This document shows positions 18,196 through 26,120 of a stretch of 60,342 nt of DNA, piece after piece. The stretch comes from Pirellulales bacterium. GTDB lineage: Bacteria; Planctomycetota; Planctomycetia; Pirellulales; UBA1268. How positions within the stretch are numbered: the first letter of the stretch is position 1; every line of letters starts with the position of its first letter. The stretch covers positions 1 through 60,342 of the forward strand of contig JBIIFB010000001.1 in assembly GCA_044237545.1 (NCBI GenBank). The letters are read 5' to 3'. The notes beneath the pieces were generated by a model. It did no database searches. It was not told the DNA's origin and was given only the letters and a program-made list of their open reading frames with translations. The position numbers and the translations under genes are program-made.

Positions 18196-18465
18196 ATAGA
18201 AGCCCCCGGCGTAAGCCGGGGGATCGGATGCCACGGAATCCCATCGCTCACGCTCCGGGCTTTTATGGGCAATGGGAATCCCGTCGCTTTTACTCCCATA
18301 CAAGCCCCCGGCGTGAGCCGGGGGATCGGATGCCAAAAAACGCGTCGCCACGTCAAACGTCGCGCCGATCCCATCGCTTACGCTCCGGGCTTGCATAGGT
18401 CTTGCGGTAACGCATCCCCCATGCGGTTCATCCCAATACAAGCCCCCGGCGTAAGCCGGGGGAAC
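18196..18465. repeat. Cluster of six REP-like units (GTAAGC-core hairpin family) in both orientations
   Basis: Units are at about 18196-18233(+), 18238-18269(-), 18278-18300(-, degenerate), 18298-18335(+), 18367-18398(-) and 18436-18465(+). The v1 unit contains the perfect hairpin CCCCCGGC-GTAA-GCCGGGGG. Confidence 0.9.
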
Positions 18466-18520
18466 ACCTGCGTGACGGGAACGCGACGGGGCATTGTCAT
18501 CGGTCAATTGTGAGAGATCC

Positions 18521-19891
18521 ATGCAACGTGCTTCCGCCCAGGCCGCCATCCTGAGAGTCTGCTGCGGCATCGACTTCCGGCGGCCGGCCTCGTGGATCGC
18601 ACTTGCTCAAGGAGGCTGGGCGGGCTGGTGGTGGGTTGTGATGGCCACCGCAGATCCGGTGATCGCAGTTGGCATGGGGCTCCTTGCGGCGGCCGTGGCA
18701 ACCGTGGCGGCACTCGGCGACATGCCGCTGGAACTCTGCTCGCAGGTCGCGTGTTGCCCGCCACGAACCGCGGGGCAGAACCCCCTCCACAGCCTGCGAC
18801 AGTCGGCCGCGTGGATCTGGGCCTGCGAGCGAACAGCCTGGCCGCTCGTTGGAGTCGTCTTGGGGGTGGCCGCCGCCGGCGGAACGCAAGAACTGCTCGA
18901 GGCGTTGGCCGTCTCGGTGGTCGGGGCCATGCTGGCGGCCCTCACGGTGCTGGCCAGCAGAGCCGCGAACGCCAAGGCCGCCGACGCCGCCAGCCTGACG
19001 CTGCTTGTGGCCACCGCCAGTGCCGCGGCCGCCGCGTGTGTCGCACGACCAGCGATGGCCTTGCCGGCCGCCACGGCGGTGTGGCTGGTGCTCGTCGGTC
19101 TTGCCTGGGCCGTGTCGCGGAGACTCTCGGCCCCAGTCGATGTGGTTTCCTTCCAGGCTCAGGCCCAGGCTTCAGGGTTTGGCGGTCGCGTGCTGTCTCG
19201 CGGTGGCAGTGATGTTCTTCACCTCGATGCACTTCCGGCCAGCGGACCGCTGCGGCAGATCCTCTCCAGGCTGGCGATGGTGATGTCACTCGCGGCCATG
19301 GCCGGATGGCTCGTGCTGATGCCTGCCCCGATGGGCGGCCACGAGGAGATCACTGCCAAGACAGGCATGGAAGCACGCGGGTCGGAGGCCTCTTCGGTGG
19401 CGGTGGCCTGGGCGTTGCTCTCAGCGGCCTGGTTCATCTGCCTGGCTGTGCCACAGGCAACGCTGCAGGATGGCGCTGCCGGCAGTGCGGGCTGGGAGCG
19501 TCTTCTCAGGACTGCGGCCCGGGCGGGCCACCGCGGCCCGTCGTGGCGGAAGCTTTTTACCATCCCTCGTCCTACCCTACCTCGTCTTGGCCTTGTCCGG
19601 TTTGCCGGCGGTGTTGCCCTGTCACAGGCGGCGATCCTCTGCTGGCCGGCGGTCGTGTGCGTGGTGCTGTCGCTGCCCGCGCGGTCCAGCAGCGGCGTGC
19701 CGCTCGGCATCGTGATCGGCCTGGGGGCCGCTGCGACCGTGGTCACGGCCGGCATGGCGATTGGTGCCGCGGTGGGGACTACGCGGGAGACCGTGTTTGC
19801 CGGACTCCTGGCCCTCGTGGTCGGTATCCTCGCGATCGTTGCGTTCTCTCCCATCCACATCGGCCCGACTCATATCGGCCCGACGTGGTAG
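18521..19891 (+). CDS. Hypothetical Ala-rich polytopic membrane protein
   Basis: It is the longest ORF in the region, with G/C-rich third positions and many hydrophobic segments. It ends with a duplicated HIGPT HIGPT. I recognise no family. Confidence 0.55.
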   Translation: MQRASAQAAILRVCCGIDFRRPASWIALAQGGWAGWWWVVMATADPVIAVGMGLLAAAVATVAALGDMPLELCSQVACCPPRTAGQNPLHSLRQSAAWIWACERTAWPLVGVVLGVAAAGGTQELLEALAVSVVGAMLAALTVLASRAANAKAADAASLTLLVATASAAAAACVARPAMALPAATAVWLVLVGLAWAVSRRLSAPVDVVSFQAQAQASGFGGRVLSRGGSDVLHLDALPASGPLRQILSRLAMVMSLAAMAGWLVLMPAPMGGHEEITAKTGMEARGSEASSVAVAWALLSAAWFICLAVPQATLQDGAAGSAGWERLLRTAARAGHRGPSWRKLFTIPRPTLPRLGLVRFAGGVALSQAAILCWPAVVCVVLSLPARSSSGVPLGIVIGLGAAATVVTAGMAIGAAVGTTRETVFAGLLALVVGILAIVAFSPIHIGPTHIGPTW

Positions 19892-20193
19892 TCGGTCGTG
19901 GCATCCGGTTGTGCCTTGCAGCCGCCTAGCCCGATCCACCCCAATGCAACCACCCCAGTCCGCCCAGTTCGCCGCCGCCGCGCTGGCAGCGACCGGGATG
20001 CGGGTGGCCTGAGGGTTTCGTGTTGATCGAAATAGCCTCCACCTGCGAGACTCCGCGGTTTGGGTCGAGAAATCGAGCCCGGATGCACGATACAAGAGAC
20101 GAGCCGTGCCGGTCATCCGGATCATGCTCGTCATGCGGATTGTGCCGATTCGCCGTGACACACCGCCGTGCCAAGTCGCAAGGAGATTTTTTC

Positions 20194-22221
20194 GTGGACG
20201 GAACCAGCTGCCGCCGATCGATCTGTTCACTCCGCCGTGTCATGGTCGTCGTGACGGTCTCACTTGCCGCGGCCGCCACGGGCCTGCTTCTGCCGGAGGG
20301 CATCGCAGCCGCCGACGGCAGCTTTCCCGCGAGCGAGCAGATCTTCCCCGCCACCACACGGGGTTGGGTCAGCATCTCCAACGGGCCCGAATTCCGGCAG
20401 CGTTTCAACCGCTCGCAATACGGGCTCCTGCTCAAGGATCCGAGCATGAAGCCCTTCATCGAGAGCGTCCGCAAGCAGTTTGAGAGCTCAAACAGCAGTC
20501 GCCTCGGCCGCCTGGGGCTCACGCTCGATGATCTGCTCGAGGTCGCCGGCGGCGAATATGCGCTCGGGGCGGTCGAGTCGCCCGGGGGCAAACTGGCCAC
20601 CGTCGTGCTGGTCGACACCACCGGCCACGAGGACGAGGCCCGCGGCCTGATCGAGAAGATGAATCAACGGATGGTGGATCAAAAAGGCACGAAGGTCGCT
20701 GCCAACGGCGAGAGCAGCCTGACCGTCTATCAGTTTGCAGCCGCGGAGAACTCCGGCCGAACAGGCGACCAGCGGGTGGCCTTCGCACTGTCGGGCAACG
20801 CACTCGTTGTCGGCGATGATCCCGCCCTGATCACGCAGGTCATGGGCACGCTCGGTCAGGGCCGCGGCGACTGTGTGGGGTCGTTGCCCGCCTTCACCGC
20901 CGTCATGGACCGCTGCCAGGGGCAGGCGCCGGCCAAGGCCGCGGCCGTCCGCTGGTATGTCGATCCGCTCCCGTTCGCCAAGGCCTACCAGGCCACCAAC
21001 CCGCCCCGCGAGAAGCGGAAGGGGCCCGACTATGTGGCGATCCTCGGCCGGCAGGGCTTCGACGCCGTCAAGGGGGCCGGTGGCGTCGTTGTGTTCGACG
21101 ATGGTGGCCACTCGCTGCGTCACCAGACGATGGTCTATGCCCCCCCGCTCGCCGGCCGGCAGCCGTCGTCGGTGGAGCGGTTCAATCTCGCCGCCCGCAT
21201 GCTGCAGTTTCCGGACGTCGACGCCATCAGCCCGCAGCCGTGGGTGCCACGGGATATCTCCGGCTGGACATCGCTGCAATTCGATCTCCGCAACGCCTTC
21301 GTCACCGTCGAGTCGCTCGTCGACGACCTCGTCGGTGAGAAGGGTGTCTACGACGACGTGATCGCCTCGGTGAAGGAGGATCCGGACGGCCCGCAGATCG
21401 ATCTGGAAAAGGATCTCGTGGCCTGCCTCGGCAATCGCATGACGCTCATCAACGACCATGCCACGCCGATCGGTGACGACAGCGAGCGACTGGTGATCGC
21501 CGTGGAAGCGATCGACCCCGAGCGGGTCGCCGCCACCGTGGCCAAGAGCATGTCGATCGACCCCGACATGGCCAAGATCGATGTGCAGGGCAACGTCGCC
21601 TGGGAACTCATCGATCGTTCGATGGCGATTCCCCAGCTGGAGATCGAGACCCCCGGCGGTGCTGTTGTCCACGCCGACGAGGACGACACCCAGCGGCGTC
21701 GGTCGAAACTGCGTGAGCGTGACGAAAAGCTGCTACCCCATTCGGTCGTGACCGTGGCCCGCGGGCATCTGTTTGTGGCGTCGCACCGCGACATCCTCGA
21801 GCGGGTGCTGGCGACGAACGAGGGCGTGGAGTCGTTGGGCTCCACGGCCGACTATGCGAAGGTCGCCGCAGAACTGGACAGGCTGTTGCCGGGCAAGGCC
21901 GCCACGCGGTCGTTCACGCGTGAGGAGGAGGCCATCCGCCCCGCCTATGAAATGCTGCGACAGGGGTCGATGCCCAAGTCGAAGAGTCTGACCGGTCAAC
22001 TGCTCAACGGCATTCTGGGTGACGGCAAGCCGGGGACGGTGCGGACGCAGCGGCTGGATGGCAGCACCCTGCCCGATTTCGAGATGATTCGGCGTTACTT
22101 CGGCACCGTGGGCGTGGGCATGCAGTCGCTGTCCGACGGCTGGTACATCACCGGCATGACCCTGCCCCGAAGCCAGAAGGAGCCAGAGGTGGCCCGCAGG
22201 CCGGTCAGCCAGCCGCAGTAG
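20194..22221 (+). CDS. Hypothetical secreted protein
   Basis: GTG 20194 sits 8 nt after AGGAG (20181-20185). It has a signal-like VMVVVTVSLAAAATGLLL. I recognise no family. Confidence 0.72.
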   Translation: MDGTSCRRSICSLRRVMVVVTVSLAAAATGLLLPEGIAAADGSFPASEQIFPATTRGWVSISNGPEFRQRFNRSQYGLLLKDPSMKPFIESVRKQFESSNSSRLGRLGLTLDDLLEVAGGEYALGAVESPGGKLATVVLVDTTGHEDEARGLIEKMNQRMVDQKGTKVAANGESSLTVYQFAAAENSGRTGDQRVAFALSGNALVVGDDPALITQVMGTLGQGRGDCVGSLPAFTAVMDRCQGQAPAKAAAVRWYVDPLPFAKAYQATNPPREKRKGPDYVAILGRQGFDAVKGAGGVVVFDDGGHSLRHQTMVYAPPLAGRQPSSVERFNLAARMLQFPDVDAISPQPWVPRDISGWTSLQFDLRNAFVTVESLVDDLVGEKGVYDDVIASVKEDPDGPQIDLEKDLVACLGNRMTLINDHATPIGDDSERLVIAVEAIDPERVAATVAKSMSIDPDMAKIDVQGNVAWELIDRSMAIPQLEIETPGGAVVHADEDDTQRRRSKLRERDEKLLPHSVVTVARGHLFVASHRDILERVLATNEGVESLGSTADYAKVAAELDRLLPGKAATRSFTREEEAIRPAYEMLRQGSMPKSKSLTGQLLNGILGDGKPGTVRTQRLDGSTLPDFEMIRRYFGTVGVGMQSLSDGWYITGMTLPRSQKEPEVARRPVSQPQ

Positions 22222-22224
22222 AAT

Positions 22225-22435
22225 TCGACGCGACGCCATGTGTGGCATCCGATCCCCCGGCTTACGCCGAGGGCTTGTATAGGGCGGGCGAGCGATCGTG
22301 TGCGTTAACGCAAGACGCATAGAAGCCCGGAGCGTAAGCGATGGGGTCGGCGCGACGATCGACGCGACGCCATGTGTGGCATCCGATCCCCCGGCTTACG
22401 CCGAGGGCTTTTATGGGGAGCGTGAGCGATGGGTC
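22225..22435. repeat. REP-like cluster containing a perfect 52-bp direct repeat
   Basis: 22225-22276 equals 22359-22410 base for base. Units are at 22243-22283(-), 22318-22347(+) and 22377-22418(-), with a partial unit at 22415-22435(+). Confidence 0.92.
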
Positions 22436-22602
22436 ACGAGCCGGTTCTCCATGGCGGCAACGCGGGTACCCGGTCTGCTCGGCTCGCTGAAGCGATCCCT
22501 GCGGTAGTTCCGTCTGCCCCGTGCGCCTGACCCGTGCGCCTGACCGGTCTGGCTTACTTTTGTCCGGCGTGCTTCAGCCAGCTTCTTTCAGTCCGGCGTG
22601 CT

Positions 22603-24996
22603 TCAGTCGGGGCCGGACGGCCGCTTCTCCCAGTCGATCACCGCCCAGAAGGGATGCTGGCGATCGGCCCGCAGTCGCAGGTCTTCGAGCAGCAGCCGCT
22701 TGTCGGGAACAACCGGATCTTTCCAGAGCCGGCGGCCGTCGAGTGTGACCGTCACCGGCCGGGTAAAGTCGACCAAATCGGGCGAGAGCCAGATCCGCAC
22801 CCGGTCGGCGCCGCAGTGCACCGAGAGCATGCTGGCCGGCAGACTGTTGGCCGGCAGGGTCTTGGCGTCGATCGCAAACGGCCGGATGGCCGGAGGCGGC
22901 GGCCACTGTGAGGGCAGCACCATCGTGCGGGCCGGTGGCCGCTCCATCTCGACCCACCAGAAGAAGCGATCCCACGGCCGCATCGACACCGCATCGATCG
23001 TCGCTGGAAAAAACGTCCGCTGCCGCCGACTCATCCAGTCGAAGATCCGCAGGATCTCGTCCGAGAAATGCTCGTGACCCCGGCCGCGATACTCCACGTA
23101 GGTCGCGTCGAATCCCTTGGCGAAGTAGCGGTCGAGGTCCATGGTGTTGCGGCTGAAACAGCCGGCGTCGAGCTCGCCGGCCACGAGGTAGAGCGGCAGC
23201 GTCCGGGCGTTGTGCCAGTAGTGGTTGACATATTTGCCGGCGGCGGGAGAGATCGCCACGAGCCCGGCCCAGAGATCGGGATGGGCAAGCGCGATGTCCC
23301 AGGCTGCATCGCCTCCCGTCGAGTGGCCGGAGAGAAACACCCGGTCGGTGTCGATCGAAAACCGTCGCAGCGATTCCCGCAGGCTCCCGAGCACCGCGGC
23401 ATGCTCCCGCGCCGAGTATTCGTAGGCCGTCTGCTGCTCGCGGGCCCATGCCGGGGCGATCACGATCGTGCCATTGCGGGCCGCCTGACCGCGACGCTGG
23501 CCATCGGGGCCCGGCAGGCCAGCCCACCACTCGATCTGGTTGAGTGGCGTGGACCAGGCCGCATGCAACGAGACGACCGCGGGGTATTTCCGCAGCGGAT
23601 CGTATTCGGGAGGCAGTTGCACAAGGCAGCGCAGACTCCCCTCCCCTTCCAGGCCGGGCACCGCAAGTTCGTAGAGCCCTGGGGCGATCTCCGCGGGTGG
23701 GTCGAATGGAGGCCGCATCTGTCGGGCTATTGCCGCGAGCGTTGGTGCATCGAAGGCCTCTTCCTGTTCGAGGCTCGCATGGATGCGGTCCCGCTCCTTC
23801 TGGTCTCCCGCGCGGAGATAGTCGCCGACGAGTGTCCGCAGCCGCACGGACGAAAGGGCGAGCTTGAGGTTGCGGTCGGCGCTGGCCGCCCCTTGAAGCC
23901 AGCCATTAATCGCCATCGCGACGGCGCTACTGGCCGGCATGTCAGCGTCGGTTCCCAGCCGGTCGAACGTCGCCAGCCGGTCGAGCGACGCAAACGAGAG
24001 CCCCTGTTCGATCTCGTCGATGATGGTCGATGCCTCGCGGCGATCTGCCTCCTCCTCGAGTTGCCCCTCCCGCCGCCGCAGTTCGTCGATGAGCCGGCGG
24101 GCCGACTCCTGCCGCTCGCGATAGCGGTCGCGGGCTTCGCGGACCGACTCCACCGTTTCGCTGCCGGCATCGTCGGCCGGAAACTGCTCGAGAAGATCGA
24201 GCGCCAACCGATCCTGGCCGACGCGACCGCGAATCAGCACTTCGTCGAGCAGTTTGGCGGCGGCCAGGGCGGCAAGATCCTTTCGTTGCTGGGCCAATTC
24301 GGCCAGATCGGGGAAATCTCGCAGGACTTCGTCGAGTTCCTGCCGGGCGTCGTCGTAGCGGTCCGCCTGCAGAAAAAGACGCACTACCCGCAGCCGGTCA
24401 TCAGGATTGGTGCGATCGAGGTGCTGATCGATGACCCGCTTGAGCACGTCCCGCGGAATCGACGACGTGGCGATTCGCATGTCGAGCAGATGTGGGCGTT
24501 CGGTGAGGATGCCTTCGACACTGGTCCACCGGGCGGCGATCTGCGTGATGCCCTGCACAATGTCGAGCCGCCCGCTGGCTGTGCCCAGCGAGAGGATGCG
24601 GCGTCCGTATTCATCGAAAGGAGTCGCCCCGAGGATCTGTCCGACACCAACCACGCGACGGCCGTTGTCGGGAATCCGCTGCGGAATCCGGATCCGCTCT
24701 TGCCCGGGATCGCCCTGGCCGGGTTCGGCTTTCACCACCCGACGCTTGGAGACCATGGTGCGGGTCAGTTCGTCGTCACACATCAGGATCGTCGTTCCAC
24801 CCGAAGGCTTTGCCCCCCCCTCGGCCTCCGGGGTGATCGCCACGCCCGGCAAGAGCACAAACCGCCCGTAGAGCACGCGGCCGTCGGCCAGCTCAACCTG
24901 GTCGGCCGCAGCAGGCGTCGGCGAGCAGACGGCGACGAGCATCGGCACGACCGCCCAGGCGATGCTGCCCACTAGCGACCTCATGCGGTGCTCCAT
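22603..24996 (-). CDS. Secreted alpha/beta-hydrolase (esterase/peptidase-like) protein with a helical-repeat N-terminal region
   Basis: Signal peptide is MEHRMRSLVGSIAWAVVPMLVAVC. A nucleophile-elbow-like motif is FLSGHSTGGDAAWDIAL. The start is chosen at 24996 (alternative 24984) because the longer ORF reads through intergenic tandem repeats. Confidence 0.8.
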   Translation of the reverse strand: MEHRMRSLVGSIAWAVVPMLVAVCSPTPAAADQVELADGRVLYGRFVLLPGVAITPEAEGGAKPSGGTTILMCDDELTRTMVSKRRVVKAEPGQGDPGQERIRIPQRIPDNGRRVVGVGQILGATPFDEYGRRILSLGTASGRLDIVQGITQIAARWTSVEGILTERPHLLDMRIATSSIPRDVLKRVIDQHLDRTNPDDRLRVVRLFLQADRYDDARQELDEVLRDFPDLAELAQQRKDLAALAAAKLLDEVLIRGRVGQDRLALDLLEQFPADDAGSETVESVREARDRYRERQESARRLIDELRRREGQLEEEADRREASTIIDEIEQGLSFASLDRLATFDRLGTDADMPASSAVAMAINGWLQGAASADRNLKLALSSVRLRTLVGDYLRAGDQKERDRIHASLEQEEAFDAPTLAAIARQMRPPFDPPAEIAPGLYELAVPGLEGEGSLRCLVQLPPEYDPLRKYPAVVSLHAAWSTPLNQIEWWAGLPGPDGQRRGQAARNGTIVIAPAWAREQQTAYEYSAREHAAVLGSLRESLRRFSIDTDRVFLSGHSTGGDAAWDIALAHPDLWAGLVAISPAAGKYVNHYWHNARTLPLYLVAGELDAGCFSRNTMDLDRYFAKGFDATYVEYRGRGHEHFSDEILRIFDWMSRRQRTFFPATIDAVSMRPWDRFFWWVEMERPPARTMVLPSQWPPPPAIRPFAIDAKTLPANSLPASMLSVHCGADRVRIWLSPDLVDFTRPVTVTLDGRRLWKDPVVPDKRLLLEDLRLRADRQHPFWAVIDWEKRPSGPD

Positions 24997-25100
24997 CGCC
25001 CACTCCCTATGCGCCGCAGCGTCCATGCCAGAGGTATGCCGGAGGTATGCCAGAGGCAGTTTGTCGAGAGCCCGTGGCAGGCGGCATTCTGTCGTCGGAG

Positions 25101-25157
25101 GCAGTCTACCGGCCAGTAGCAGCAGTCTACCGACAGGTAGCAGTCTACCGACAGGTA
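25101..25157 (+). repeat. Three tandem copies of an 18-mer, GCAGTCTACCG(A/G)C(A/C)(G/A)GTA, in a divergent intergenic region
   Basis: Copies are at 25101-25118, 25122-25139 and 25140-25157, and the last two are identical. An adjacent 11-mer pair (A/G)GAGGTATGCC lies at 25030-25051. Confidence 0.9.
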
Positions 25158-25280
25158 GCAGTGGCTGCCGGGCACAGCGGGCGGCCTTGCTTGACTGCGG
25201 CACGGCGGGTGGCCGACAATGGATAGAAGTTTCCATGCGTCGTGGTTTCAGGTCGTGTTCTTGCACGGTGTTCGGTGGGA

Positions 25281-25592
25281 ATGGATGCGGTTGTCATGCC
25301 GGTAGATTCAGGCGGGAACGTGCGAGAAACAGTTCGTCGGTGTCTGGCGTTTGCAGTACTGATGACGCTCCTGCTGCCGATGGTGATCGCGGTCGTGCTG
25401 GGACTCGGCGGTCTGCTTGCGTCTCTGGGCGACGAGGTGGGGGCTGCGGCCTGCCGCCGGGTTGGGCTGATCGTCGGAGCGGTCTGGTTCATCGCGCTTG
25501 CCGGCACCGCGACGGCCAGCGGGATCATGGCGCTTGAGAGCGGTGGATTTCGTCCCGAAAAGTCGGACAGCCCCCCGGCTGACCACTCGTGA
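25281..25592 (+). CDS. Hypothetical small membrane protein (two predicted TM helices)
   Basis: The ORF has two hydrophobic helices (AFAVLMTLLLPMVIAVVLGLGGLL and VGLIVGAVWFIALAG). The start is uncertain (25242 or 25281). Confidence 0.45.
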   Translation: MDAVVMPVDSGGNVRETVRRCLAFAVLMTLLLPMVIAVVLGLGGLLASLGDEVGAAACRRVGLIVGAVWFIALAGTATASGIMALESGGFRPEKSDSPPADHS

Positions 25593-25627
25593 GGCCGGCC
25601 GGCGGACCCGGGATCGGATAAGCACGT

Positions 25628-26119
25628 ATGCCGATCGGATTCCGTTGCACAGGCTGCCGTTCCCGGCTGCATGTTCCCAGCCGGTGGGCTGGAAACACCG
25701 TGCCCTGCCCGAAGTGCGGCACCCGCGTGGTCGTGCCCGCGTCGGCCCGCGGGGATGGCCAGACGACCGACCTCGAGGCTGAACCGACTGCGTTCGCAGA
25801 CGCCGGTATCGAGCGGTCGATCGCGTCGCTGCAGGTTTCACGGGCGGTGACACCCGGGGGAATATTCGCCGATGATTCGTTCGAACTCCCTTTGCCAGAC
25901 GATGGTGCCTCGGCAATGCCGATACGGGAAGGTGGCCGGGGTGGTCTCACGCTTTCACGCCGTGCGGTTTATGCTTATGGAGTGCTGCTCCTGCTGGTCA
26001 TTTTGGTCCTGTTAGTCGTGGCGTTTTTCCTCGGATGCTGGTGGGCCGCGTCTGGCGGCCGCTGGATAAGCACCCGGGATCCAGCGGAAACACCGCCCCC
26101 TTACTCCCTGAAAGAATGA
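25628..26119 (+). CDS. Zinc-ribbon membrane protein
   Basis: CTGC...CPKC are paired CxxC motifs at the N-terminus. The C-terminal TM helix is LLLLVILVLLVVAFFLGCWW. Confidence 0.7.
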   Translation: MPIGFRCTGCRSRLHVPSRWAGNTVPCPKCGTRVVVPASARGDGQTTDLEAEPTAFADAGIERSIASLQVSRAVTPGGIFADDSFELPLPDDGASAMPIREGGRGGLTLSRRAVYAYGVLLLLVILVLLVVAFFLGCWWAASGGRWISTRDPAETPPPYSLKE

Positions 26120-26120
26120 C

